Source of the DNA: Octopus sinensis
Taxonomy: Eukaryota
NCBI RefSeq assembly: GCF_006345805.1
Contig: NC_043024.1
Location: forward strand, 248,001 to 312,000
Direction: 5' to 3'
DNA: 64,000 nucleotides
In this document: positions 37,240 to 49,969 of the stretch, piece after piece
How the letters are laid out: each line of letters begins with the position of its first letter
How positions within the stretch are numbered: the stretch's first letter is position 1
Position numbers and translations under genes: made by a program
The notes under the pieces: model-generated
Seen by the model: the letters and a program-made list of their open reading frames with translations, nothing else
What the model was told of the DNA's origin: nothing
Databases searched by the model: none

Positions 37240-40200
37240 GTAAGCAGGTTGAACTTAAGATCATTGCTTGGCTTATGAATTCTGCCAAATGCGAGCTTTC
37301 TTTTCAGGTACATGACACCACTGTTCTCCGTCCCAGGGTCTCTAGGGCCCATACCACCCACACCCTCAGGGTTGGCACATTGAAAGGTAGGTCTGTTGAG
37401 ATGCTTGAACGGAGATGTGTTGATATATGTTGATTCCAAGAAGTAAGGTGGAGAGGAGGTTCTGCTAGGTTCCTCACAGGTACAAGATTTTCTGGGCAGG
37501 AAACACTGACAGGGTTGGAGGCGTGGATATACTTCTCGCTGAAAAATGGGTAGATAAGGTAATCAGAGTATGTGACAGAATACTTAAGATTAGAATAGTG
37601 CTTCATCATGGATTAGCAACCATTATATCAGCCTACGCCCCTCAGCCAGGGCTACCCCATGGACAGAAAGACTGATTTTATGATGCCTTACTGCAGACTA
37701 CCTTGTTGACAAATGACAGAGACCTTCTCTTTGTGGCTGGTGATTTCAATGGGCATGTTGGAAAACATGCTGGGGGCTTCCATGGTGCACATGGAGGCTA
37801 TGGCTATGGTTCCCACAACGTGGAGGGAACCAGGCTGCTGGAGTTCTGTGATGCAAATGATCTTATGGTTTGCAACACTAACTTCAGGCCAACATACCAG
37901 CCAAATTGACTACATCCTTGCCAGGCAAAGGGAGAGATGGCTGCTTATAAATGCCAAAACCTTCCCAGGCGAAGAATGTACCCAACAACACAGTCTGGTA
38001 GTTAGTGACTTTAGGATCAGGACTAAGAGGACGACCAACATGGAGAAGAAGGATCTGGAAGCTTAAAGATCCTGCAAATGGACAGAGATTTAGGGACATA
38101 TTACTTGAAGCCTTTGACAAAGTAGAAGGGGATAGAGTGTCACATAGGGTAGAAGGCAACTGGACGTTTCTAAGGGAAAACCTGCTGAGAGCCACTGACC
38201 AGATCTGTGGCTGGTGCAAAGTCCCCTCTCGTCCCAAGGTAACGTGGTGGTGGAACAGTGTTGTAGACAGGGCTATTAGAGAAAAGAGACAGGCCTGGAA
38301 GAACAGTGGTAGCAGGGAATTGTATCAGACTGCCAAAAGAGAAGCTAGGAGACAGGTCTATCTAGCCAGAGAGGAAGCAGATAAGAAAAAATTTGCCAAG
38401 GTTCTGTGCTGTGAGGACCAAAGACTTGAGGTATTTCACGTTGCAAGACAGTGCGTGAGAGAGAATTGTGATGTGGTAGGAGAGAAATGTTTTCGCATGG
38501 ATGATGGTTCACTTGCGCTAAATGAGGATGCAAAGAGAGAGGTTTGGAGACGCCACTATGAAAGGCTGCTGAATAAAGAAAATGAATGGGATAAAGATGA
38601 GTCTGCCAAATGTCGACCCAACTGAGGGACCAGCTATCCGAGTTGACAGTTCTTTGGTAGTTAAGGCAATTAGAAGCATAAAGACAGGGAAAGCCCCAGG
38701 CCCATCAGGAATTACTGCAGAGATGCTCAAAATATCTGGCAGTGTCGGCTATAGCCTAGTCACCCGTATAGTTAACCAGGTGATACACGAAGGAGTCATA
38801 CCCAATGACTGGCGTAGCAGCATAATAGTCAACTGCTACAAAAGTAAAGGTGACGCCCTAGATACAAGTAATTACAGAGGTATCAAACTGTTGGATCAGG
38901 TAATGAGGGTCATAGCCCAACTGATTAGGGAGAGAGTCAACTTGGACGAGATGCAGTTTGGTTTTGTGCCAGGGAAAACACCACTGATGCCATATTTCTG
39001 GTAAGACAGCTGCAGGAGAAATACCTAGCCAAAGATAAACCTCTGTATCTGGCTTTTGTTGACATGGAGAAAGCTTTTGACAGGGTTCCCCGATCCCTTA
39101 TCTGGTGGTCAATGAGGAAACTAGGGATAGATGAATGGTTAGTGAGAGCTGTATGAGCCTTGTACAGGGACGCTGTTAGTAAGGTGAGGGTTGGCAACAA
39201 GTGCAGTGAAGAATTCCAGGTAGAGGTTGGGGTCCACCAAGGTTCAGTCCTCAGCCCCCTCCTATTTATCAGTCCTCCAGGCAATAACGGAGGAATTCCA
39301 GACTGGGAGCTCCTCTATGCTGATGACCTTGCTCTAATTGCTGAGTCACTATCAGAACTGGAGAGACAAATCACAAACGCCTTCAGGTAGATGGCCCTGC
39401 TCGACCCGTAGAAAAGGCATAGGTAGATACTCTATAAGATGCACCAAGTGTAAGCTATGGACACAAGAGGTGCAGCAATGTCAAAGGAAGGCTAATTAGG
39501 AAGATAGTTTTCGTATGTGGCAGATGCTCAGGAGCAATAAACACTGAAGATGCGCAGAGACCATCTTCCGCCACATTCCAGGAAGAAAAACTAGAAATAG
39601 TTAATAGCTTCCGTTACCTAGGTGACCAAGTCAGAAGTAGGGGGAGGGTGCTCTGAAAGTGTAGCTGCTAGAATGAGAATAGCTTGGGCAAAGTTCAGAG
39701 AGCTCTTACTTCTGCTGGTGACAAAAGGCCTCTCACTCAGAGTAAAAGGCAGATTGTATGACGCATGTGTACGAACAGCTATGCTACATGGCAGTGAAAC
39801 ATGGGCCGTAACTGCTGAGGATATGCGTAAGCCAGTATGCTCCGATGGATGTGTAATGTCAGTGTTCATACTCGACAGAGTGTAAGTACTTTAAGAGAAA
39901 AGTTGGACCTAAGAAGCATCAGTTGTGGGGTGCAAGAGATACGTTTGTGCTGGTATGGTCACGTGGCGAGAATGGATGAAGATAGTTGTGTGAAAAAGTG
40001 CCACACCCTAGTGGTTGAGGGAACCTGTGGAAGAGGTAGACCCAAGAAAACCTGGGACGAGGTGGTGAAGCACGGCCTTTGAACTTTAGGTCTCACCGAG
40101 GAAATGACTAGAGACCAAGACCTTTGGAAGTATGCTGTGTGTGAGAAGACCCGGCAGGACACGTGAGACCATAACCCTTGGCCTCAGTCCACTTATACAT

Positions 40201-40580
40201 ACCTTTTCTTCTTGGGACACAAAACTCTACTTGTGAAGACCTATTGAGGCAAGTGAAAATTAAAATCAAAATCGATCAACATCAATGGAAAATGTAGCTG
40301 TGATACAAGTGCCGGTGGCACATAAGAGAATCATCCGAACGTGGCCGTTGCCAGCACTGCCCTGACTGGCTTCTGTGCCGGTGGCATGTAAAAAGCACCA
40401 TTCAATCGTGGCCTTTGCCAGCCCCTCGCCTGGCCTCCGTGCCAGTGGCACATATAAAGCACCATTTGATTGTAGCCGTTTGCCAGCCTCGTCTGGCACG
40501 TAAAAAACACCCACTACACTCATGGAGTGGTTGGCGTTAGGAAGGGCATCCAGCAGTAGAAACACTGCCAGATCAGACTG
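37240..40580 (+). mobile_element. RTE LINE copy 2 (APE and RT; 3' end truncated), inactive
   Basis: AGDFNGHVG, GTRLLEFCDANDLMVCNTNF, SQIDYIL, QHSLVVSDF (APE); RT motifs ELLYADD and MLHGSETW; GRGRPKKTW; multiple frameshifts. Confidence 0.93.
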
Positions 40581-42059
40581 TATCCGAAATATCGTTTAGG
40601 CCACCCAATGGCTCCTTTGGTTTTTAGCACATTAACACGCGCACTCACATATACATTAAATAATAATAAAACAAAATTGCATATACACAAGTAACAGTTT
40701 TTTTTTTTTAAATACATTAGAAGCACACTTATCTGAATTTAATGCTGAGTCTACCAATGATCAGTCAATGCATTGGGATGTAGTTCCTTTTCCTATCAAG
40801 TTCTGACCCTGATTAAATGTTCAATTAAATATATTCAATATGAATCTTTAATTTTCCATATTTGAATTAATTGAACATGGAAACAATTGTAGGTTCCGTG
40901 AGTTTGATATTGTTTGGAATTGGATTTGTTTTAATGAATTAATGTCTGTATCTCAATTTATCCGTTTTCTTTTTCTTATATAAATATGCCAGAATGTTTA
41001 CAAATCCAACGGATTCCTCAAGAGACATTTTAAGATCCACAAAGAGCAGAACTTATCTGCAGCTCTTGGTGGTCCAAATCGGAGGTGCAATCTATATGGG
41101 TGTCTTTTCAGAAAACAGATGCCATGATGGTGCTAAGGTGTAGGTATAGGAGGTGGGGTCAAACTCTGCATAAGGAGTAGACAATCACCATCTAACTAAT
41201 ATATATACCTTAATTTCAATTCCCACCATCCATACAGTGTAAAGAGAGGAAGTGTCTAAAACATCGAGCAAAGAATATATGCAGTGATCATGATACACAA
41301 AGAAATGACTAAGCTCAGTAACAATCTATTAAGCAACAACTACCCCACAAAACATACTATCTACTCTGGTTATGAAGAGAGAGGATGAGTCCAATAAACT
41401 GTCCACAGTCTGTCTCCCCTGTGTGAAAGGCCTCTCCGAAAACATACAAAAGATATGTGGCCCATGACATCAGGAGTAATACAAGGCTTCGCAAATATCT
41501 TCTTTGGGTATAAATCTCTGTCTCTCTTTTTGCGTGTGTGCATGTGTACAGGCATGTAGAAGCGTGTGAGTGTATGTATGTGTTAAAGGATATTTTGTAT
41601 GTGTATTATGTTGTGTGATTGTATATACTCTCTCATATTCACTCTTACACTCAGCTCTCTCTCTCTCTCTCTTTGCGTATGTGTGTGTCTTGTTTGTATT
41701 TGATAAATTGTTTTAAATTTACATTCAATTATTTCCATTAAATGCTGACTCGAGCCGACTGAGAGTCTGAACACACATCATGGTTAAAGAATATTTCCGA
41801 TGATGGTGTTACGGTGGGGTATCGCTTCCTCATGTCTGACACATTTCTTGGTCTTTCGTCAAGGAGAAAGTCAGAAACAAAACTGCCAGGTTTAGAAGTT
41901 CGCTTCTTGGTTGCATGGTATGAGTTTCAATCCTACTGCAAAGCACCTTCGGCAACTGACATCTTTTACGGCTTTCACTTGGTCAATACTTGGTGAATAA
42001 ATTTCCGGAATTTGGAATCTGCGTAGAAACCCGTCTTATATATATATATATAGATATAC

Positions 42060-42215
42060 ATAGCCATGTGATAAGAAGCTTGATTCCCATCCATATGGTT
42101 CCAGGTTCAATCCCGCTGAGTGGCACTTTGGGTAAGTGTCTTCTACTATAGCCACAGGCCGACCAAATACTTCTGAGTGGATTTGGTAGACAAACTGAAA
42201 GAAGCACGTCATATA
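42060..42215 (+). mobile_element. SINE family A, 5' half (a further decayed copy lies at ~41890-42035)
   Basis: atatggttccaggttcaatccc...ttgggtaagtgtcttctactatagcc. Confidence 0.75.
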
Positions 42216-42346
42216 CACACACACACACATATATATAAATTTTTAAAAAACGAACAAGAACGCAACGGATGACAATGAAAACATACGGACAGATGGACAG
42301 GAAAACCAGGACGGAACATTCGTGGCTTTCTGTTCATCAGTCAAGC

Positions 42347-42379
<33 letters not shown>

Positions 42380-42399
42380 TGTTCTGCTGGAGGTAATGT

Positions 42400-42550
42400 G
42401 TGGCAAGTGGCCATTATTACGATTTTTATAACGCACCATGTGACATGGCAATATATCGCAATCTTTTTCGTCTGTCTTTACGTTCTGAGTTCAAATTCCA
42501 CCGAGGTTGACTTTGCCTTTCATCCTTTTGAGCTCGATAAATTAAGTAAG
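42400..42550 (+). mobile_element. SINE family B
   Basis: tacgttctgagttcaaattccaccgaggttgactttgcctttcatcc. Confidence 0.75.
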
Positions 42551-43460
42551 CAGTTGCATCAATATTGCTTGCTTGCAAACACCAAACAACAACAATAAAT
42601 CACAGGTACTTTGAAATGAATCTGACTCGACGGTGGCTTTCAGTTCGTCATTATCCGACCGTGTTGCTCATTGAGAAATCAAAGTCACCAGAACGAAATT
42701 TTGCAAACCAATTTGATACTGTCTGCTGTGTAATAACATTAAAATGAAATACTCCATTAATATTCCGAGCTATCTTTGATGCTGTATTTCCAAGAAAGAA
42801 CTCATATTTCAAAACTACGAATTTCCGACTTATCCATCTCTAAACAAAAACAGCAAAAAACGATTTATAAAGCACAAAATGAGTTAGAATAAAGAAATAG
42901 ATGTGTCAGCTTTCTAACAAAAAATAAAGACCGTCAAAATATAATAATGGCGCAAAATGAGCAGCTGTCAAAGTTTACCATAAACCTTACTATAAATTTC
43001 ATACTTGACGATCTAATATATCTTTTATTTAAGTTTGAAATCTAGAAACTTGCACACTTCTGAAGATATTTCTGATATAACACCTGCTTTTATCTCAAAC
43101 ATATAGAAATATGGAAATCTTCCATCTAAACGTCCATAATTAATTAAAACACTTCATAATTAATATAATATGATTTAATATGATAACATGATATAATTCA
43201 ATGCAGAATAATATTACGTACAAGCCTATGATATTTATAATTCATAAATTATAAATACTTTAGATTATTTTGTTTCGTTTTACCTATATCTAAACCTACG
43301 TATCATTATATTATCTTAAAAACACGCATCTACACTTTGTGTGAGTGAATTACATTACTGAGCGAAACTTTGAATTTGAGTCTTGAATTAATAGTTTTTT
43401 TACTAAAAAATATAAGCGAAACCCTTCTAGATTTCAAATTTATACACACACACATATATA

Positions 43461-43850
43461 TGGCTATGTGGTAATAAGTTTGCTTCCCAACCATATGATT
43501 CCAGGTTCAATCCCGCTGCATTTTGCCTTAGGCAAGTGTCTAATATAGCCTGGGGCCAACCAAAACCTTGCAATGGGATTTGGTAGACGGAAACTAAGAG
43601 AAGACTGTCCTATATACATACACACACGTGTGCGTGTCTTTGTATCTGTGTTTGTTTCCCACAACCGGTTGACAACCAATGTTGGTCTGTTTATGTCCTC
43701 GTAACATTAGTTGTTCGGTAATAAAAGAATGATAGAATAAGTACCAGTCTACAAAAATAATGGAAGTACTGGGGTCGATTTGTTCCACTAAAATTTTTCA
43801 AGATGGTGTCCCAGCATGGCCGCAGCCTAATGACTGAAAGGAGCAAAATT
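43461..43850 (+). mobile_element. SINE family A, near full length
   Basis: tggctatgtggtaa...aggttcaatccc...gatttggtagacggaaact...ccagcatggccgcag..taatgactgaa. Confidence 0.8.
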
Positions 43851-43877
43851 TATATATACACACACACACACATATTT

Positions 43878-43935
<58 letters not shown>

Positions 43936-44059
43936 GTAATGGTGTCATTGAGACCCAAAGCTGAATAAGTGCTATAGATGGACCACAGTTAAGCTCCAGG
44001 ATTGGTGATTATGCGAATAAGGGGTTCAACGTTGGTCATATGTCAGCCTGTGTATATAA

Positions 44060-44196
44060 AAATTATTTCATAATGAGATAAAAAAACCAAGGCTGTGTAG
44101 ATTTTAGAACATTTATAGATAGAAGGTCTTACAGCTATCTATAAATGTTCTAAAATCTACACAGCCTTGGGTTTTTATCTCATTACGAAATAATTT
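44060..44196. repeat. Near-perfect hairpin with ~62-bp arms and a 12-nt loop
   Basis: ...ccaaggctgtgtagattttagaacatttatagatag-aaggtcttacag-ctatctataaatgttctaaaatctacacagccttgg... Confidence 0.92.
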
Positions 44197-44644
44197 ATTT
44201 ATATATATATATGTCTGTGTGTGTGTGTATAAACAATAGTATTAAAATTAATGATAATATCTTTAAAAACAAATGTCAACACAACATTATGAAGGCAATC
44301 CAAATTGGTGAAATTCCCACTGAACGTCTGAAAAAATTTTATCTGTTAATAAACGCTGACAAAAAGAAACACCGAAATCAGATCCAATTTAAGACATTCA
44401 TTCATTCAACCAACAGCAACGTTAAAAATATACATCCACTCCTATTTCAAGTCTTTTGGCTAATGGGGATATATTTAAGCAAAATCAAAGTTTATTATGA
44501 GCATGCATTATTGGAAGCTGGACAGAAAGATAAAATTTACTATATCCAGAATCATAATAATAAAGTTCTAGAAAATGACAGAATTATAGAGATGAGGAAA
44601 AATACTACAGTGTATAAGAAAACTAAAAATTTAGATAGAAATAA

Positions 44645-45240
44645 TAATAAGGTGATACCTTAGTTTACTGGTAGCACATCTCCAGCATTAGAAGCTGTGC
44701 AAAGACAATTATGATAATAATAATAATAATAATAACTCTTGAAGGAGTCACTGAGAACAAGGAACATAAGATGCTGTAGGATTTTACAATCCAATGTGAT
44801 TCCCTAATCGAAGCTCGGAGATCAGATATTGTTGTGGTAGATAAAGGAAACCAAGATTATAGACATTGCAATATCTGGAGATGCACGCATAAGTGACAAA
44901 GAACTAGAAAAGATTGAAAAGTACAGACTACTAAAAGAGGGAATTGCAAGAATGTGGACTATGAGGAGAGTGTTTGTCATTGCAGTAATTATAGGGACAC
45001 TCGGAGCAATAGGAAGCAAGTTTGAGAAATATGTCGGAGAAATCAGAATTGACACAAGAGCAGAGTAAGCCTTAAAAGCTGCTCTGCTGGGGACAGTTAG
45101 GGTTTTGAGATTGGGACTTGCATGATGAAGGTCTCCCACAATAATTAACAAGCAAGTATCAAAGCTTATAATGTGCGGAAAGAGACCCTGTGAGATCTCT
45201 GACGGCAGTCTGCTCTGACAGAATCTACCAGAACAAATGT
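44645..45240 (+). mobile_element. R4/Dong-type non-LTR retrotransposon fragments (3' end with (TAA)n, then a restriction-like endonuclease domain)
   Basis: ENKEHKML.DFTIQCD, IEARRSDIVVVDK, IIDIAISGDARISDKELEKIEKY, VIAVIIGTLGA, KAALLGTVRVLR (PD-D/ExK RLE). Confidence 0.8.
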
Positions 45241-45785
45241 TCTGAGAAGTAAAATTATGATAAAAACAACAAATTTACGAATAAAAATTGCCATAGGAAA
45301 AATCTGACAAAATTATTTATAGTAATAATAATAAAAAGAATAGATCAACAAATATTACATGGTATTAAACTCCATATTCAGTAGCTTCTAAAATCCCTTG
45401 AAAATTCTTTGCAGCACTTTCCCACCTTCAAGTAAATATGGGAAATCATTTAAGAGACATTGTGCAAAGTTTACCTGTATATGTTTAATGCAATTGAAAC
45501 AATAGTTGAATTTTTAAAGTGTAATCTAAGACAATGACATGATTTCTTTCGTACATATTGTTTGTTATTGTTATTAAATACTCTGAGTTTCATCAAATTC
45601 TACAAAAAGATCGTTAGATTTACCTGTCAAGAATGAGGATTTACCTGGGGTTTGTATTCTACAGATATTTACTGGTATCTTACTTGCTGGAAATTTAACC
45701 TTATTCCTTTTTACCGAGTGCTTCCTCGATAGCTGCCAGCATTTTTTAATCCCATTTTTTTCTTATATATAATATCCTCTCAGTC

Positions 45786-46080
45786 CTTTCTGTTGTAAAG
45801 CGTAGGCTTTAGAGGTCAAAGCCGTCTCCATTCTAACCAAGCGTTAAACAAACACACCTGCTTCTTGTTCCTGTCTTCATCTTTTGTTTTCTGTAAATTT
45901 AAACTATATATATACATATATTATTCTTAGCAATTTTTTTCCTCCGTCACCTGTTTCTGACAAAGAGCTTTGCTCGAAACGTAAAACCACCTTTCTTTCC
46001 TTACCTGAGCGTCTGCTAATACTTTGCATGGACCACGTCCTCGCCTTTTGTCGTTTTCTTCTTCTTGTGTTTGTTCTTCG
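45786..46080 (+). repeat. Two tandem short repeats, each with a degenerate minimal hammerhead-like motif
   Basis: gttt-CTGACAA-agagctttgctc-GAAA-c-GTA-aaac at 45953-45987; a more decayed copy at 45786-45821. Confidence 0.5.
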
Positions 46081-46105
46081 TTTGTTTTTTGGGGGGAGGG
46101 GGATT

Positions 46106-46175
<70 letters not shown>

Positions 46176-46463
46176 GGGGCATCAAGAACATTCTTTGTAA
46201 TTAGGTGTGACAGTTTCGAACCTAACTTGGTTTATAAATATAATTTAACAAATCAAATCTGTTATCAAATGTGAACATTCCTTGGCCAACTCATTGCATT
46301 TTGGTAACTGAAGTCAGACATTTACCATACACTGGGATCTTTGCATAAGATAACATATCTTAGACATTTTTTAATCTAATTTATAAAAGAAAATTCCAGT
46401 ATTTTATTTATTCTCGACATCCAACATTCAGCTGTATTGTATTATATAAATGTGAGTGTGTGT

Positions 46464-46494
<31 letters not shown>

Positions 46495-47074
46495 CATACA
46501 TATTTACACACACACATATATATATATATACATACACATATATATATGCGTGTGAGGGTATGTATATGTATGTATGCATATATATGTATACACATACACA
46601 TATATGTGTATGTATATTTATATAAGTATATATATGTGTGCGTGTATGTATGTGTGTAATTGCATGTATGTATGTGTGTATTAACTGTTATTAATTTTTT
46701 TAAAGAAACCAAAACAATGCGTTTTATAAGAAATAAGCTAAGTGAACGGTGCATACTTTTATCATGTACTTCGATTTTTTGGTGTTTAAGAACTCTTTTC
46801 CAGGAAATCTTTGGAGATTTGGTGCACTGAATTATCGTTGGTTGAGCTCTCTAGCGTATGTATGCGTGTGTGAGTATGGCTGGTTGCACTCAGCAACAAA
46901 GCCAATCAGCTGAGTGCAGCTCAGTTCTGTTTTTAAGATGTCGTTTGGTCTTGCTAATGATGACTGCTTCTTTTGTAGTCAAATGTTTCGTTCAGTGGCA
47001 TCAATAGAAACGTGGATGTCTTGGGCGTGGAATATCCACAGGTGGTTTTTTTATGTAAGAACCACCAGCATAGA

Positions 47075-47210
47075 GCTCACTTCATGACATGATTCCGGAT
47101 TGAGTCCCACGGCCTGGCATCTCGGGCAAGTGTCTTCTACTATAGCCTTGGGTCAACCAAAGCCTTGTGAATGGATTTGGGTGGCGGAATCTGAAGAAAG
47201 TACGATGTGT
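47075..47210 (+). mobile_element. SINE family A, 5' half
   Basis: gagtcccac...ggcatctcgggcaagtgtcttctactatagcc...gccttgtgaatggatttgg. Confidence 0.7.
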
Positions 47211-47807
47211 ATATCTACCTATCTATCATAATATAAATAATATATATGTATATATACATGCATATATGGGTACAGGACATCAAAAAAACGTTGAACACAA
47301 TGAGAAACGAAAACACAAAAACAAAAATGTAGAAACAAACTTTTTTTTTCAAACAATGAAATGAAAAAACAAACAGAGAAATGAGACATGAAACATAAAG
47401 AATAATCCCCTTCATCAGTTGTCGCTGTTTCATCTACTCCACGTCGAAGGCCAGGATAATATGTGACTTCGTTGAAACAGTCCTTCCCGCAAAGCAAATT
47501 AAATAACATTTAGGATTTTTTGCGGAGGGTGAAAGTGGTAACAAGAACAGGACAGTAAAAACAATACGGTGAGGTCTGTTAAGCCAAGACAATAGAAAAA
47601 TTATTAGGAACGCTAGGAAGACAAGCTTATGAGAAGAGACAGTATAAGCATGTGTTGTCTTAGGAAGGAAATGGGCAGAAAGATGGATTCCCTTTTGTCA
47701 CGTGTCAGCTACGAGAGAGTCAAGGACAGTGCCCAAGCATGGCTGCTGTCCAATGACTGAAACAAGCAAATTATGTGTGTGTATGAGTATGTATGTTTGT
47801 ATATATC

Positions 47808-47839
<32 letters not shown>

Positions 47840-49479
47840 CACACACAAGGGGGAGGTTATGTATGTATTATGCACACACAAAATATATACACAGTAGTAA
47901 AATTCGTTCGATTATCAATAGTTAACTTAAGAAGTTCATATTAGAAATTTATAGTCTTTGAATTTATCGCAAATTTCATTCCCAAAACACATCATTTATT
48001 CATATTGAAAGAATTTGTCGGTTATAAACCCACACGACCCAATCCAGCAAAACTGTACTCAATATTTCCTGCCGAATGATTTACGGATTATTTATTGTTA
48101 AGCATAAAATATTATTCAGGAAACTGACACGTCCCCAATAGTTTTCAGTTCTATTTTTTCATCTTGGACAGTTAAGGCCAACAAACAGCAGCTTTCGCTA
48201 CCAAGAGGTATCAGATTCTTACAGGAATGTGACAAGGCCCCAAAGGCATATTTTCTATTTTGTACCGAGTTTTTAAACTTGGAGATGCAAGTGAACCCAA
48301 TGCGTACATAGAATCAGTGGCCAGCACTGATTTCGTTTTGGTGTTTCGTATCGGAGACATCAGGTGTAAACAACAATGAGATCGAAGGTGAAAAAGGGGT
48401 AATGGGGGTATGTGCCATATTTCAGGGGTCTTTGCTCCTTCATCAACACCCAGCCAATCCATTAACCATCCGTGAACTCATTGCTTAAATAGCCACGATA
48501 GGCCAATTTTACAAACACATTCCTGGAAGCTGGTACAGAAATATTAATGACTTGTTGGGACACAGTGTTTCGTTATGCAACCAGAATATTCTGAAAATTA
48601 TATTAAACATCTTTATAAGTCGATATCATGTTCTTCTGTGTTAGCAGTTCTATTACATCACTTGTTAAGATTATCTGGATGAGGTGGAGATATCATTCTA
48701 ACTAGACACATTCCTGCTAAGAGTGAAAGAAATAAATGCCTTCAGAAGACATGTCTGGAATTTTTCACCAACTGAAGAAGGCCAAATATCAGAACTTAGT
48801 TGAAAAGGTTTTTTTCAAAGCATAGCATGAATTCTCATTCTCCATTGAAGTCGGCTGTCGTAGTTTTCCAGTGAGATCAATGAGTTATTTCTTGAAGAAG
48901 ATGCGTTTGGAATCCAAACAATTGAAGAAAACCATCAAGGAAATGATTGTGGCCGTTGAAATCAGTTCAAAGTAATTGTGGGCAACAAGAGAGCACAGAC
49001 CTTCTTGTTCCTGTTGCTAAGGAGGTGCACTGGACGGTATGCCCTCATTACTATCATCACTCATCATAAATACCCTCAGATTTAGAAAATACAGCTTACA
49101 AAAATCTTCCCGCAACACAAATTAGTGTCCACCAAGAATATTCTGAAGCACACAGAGGCACCAGAGTCTGGCGATGAGCCTCGATCGTCTGCAAACGAAG
49201 TCTAATATAGTCAGATGAAGTGTATTGCCTTGACTGAAGACCCTGAGATACTTGCTGAAGACATAAGAGCTTTTCACACATTGCAGAAGCCTTAGTTGTC
49301 TTCAGAAGAGCTTGAAATATCTATAAGTATCTCCAGTAGTTTCTTCCAGGGGCAAAACATCTTTGACATGTATTTCATCTTATTTCTACAATTCATGGCT
49401 GTCTGTCTGTCTCCCTATTTGTCCACCTGACGTGTGACTCCGTTTCATTTTAAGGGGGTTTTTTTCTTGTGTCTTTTAC

Positions 49480-49670
49480 CTTTTACTTGTTTCAGTCATT
49501 GGACTGCGGCCATGCTGGGGCACCACCTTCAAGGCTTTGAAGGCTTAGGCACTTGTGCGTAGCTTGAAGCCTGATACTTATTCTATCGTTCTCTTTTAGC
49601 CGAACCGCTAGCTTAGGAGGATGTAAACAAACCAACCCCGGGTGCCAAGTGGGTGATCGAGACAGAAGCA
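49480..49670 (-). mobile_element. SINE family A, 3' part
   Basis: cttttacttgtttcagtcattggactgcggccatgctgggg. Confidence 0.75.
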
Positions 49671-49937
49671 AACTATTAACTTTCTTTCTGTCAGTCATGT
49701 TGAAGCACCTGGTCTTGCTTTCTGTCCCACCTTTTTTTTGTAGCATTACTGAATGTATGAAATCGAATGTGTACACCCGAGGGTGCGTGTACGTATTCTT
49801 ATGTCTGTGTGGCTATATATGAATGTATGTATGTGTATGTGCATGTGTGTATGTATGCATGATATACAGAAACATGTAAATATATATGTATGTATGCATG
49901 ATGTACATATGTATGTATATAGGTATCTATGTACGTG

Positions 49938-49969
<32 letters not shown>

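Larger units (their letters stand above)
33513..40984. repeat. Large inverted-repeat structure: left arm 33513-33593 plus 36090-36405, right arm 40586-40984
   Basis: The right arm is the reverse complement of the two left pieces joined (ccgtgagtttgatattgtttgg = empty insertion site). Confidence 0.9.

Noticed and set aside
44211-44663. 150-aa K/N/I-rich ORF
   Set aside because: AT-rich, starts in a microsatellite, ends in an R4/Dong UTR, and has no recognisable domain.
47410-47480. Minus-strand CTGATGA in a probable Penelope-like terminal sequence
   Set aside because: No correctly placed GAAA or stem II downstream, so it cannot be called a hammerhead.
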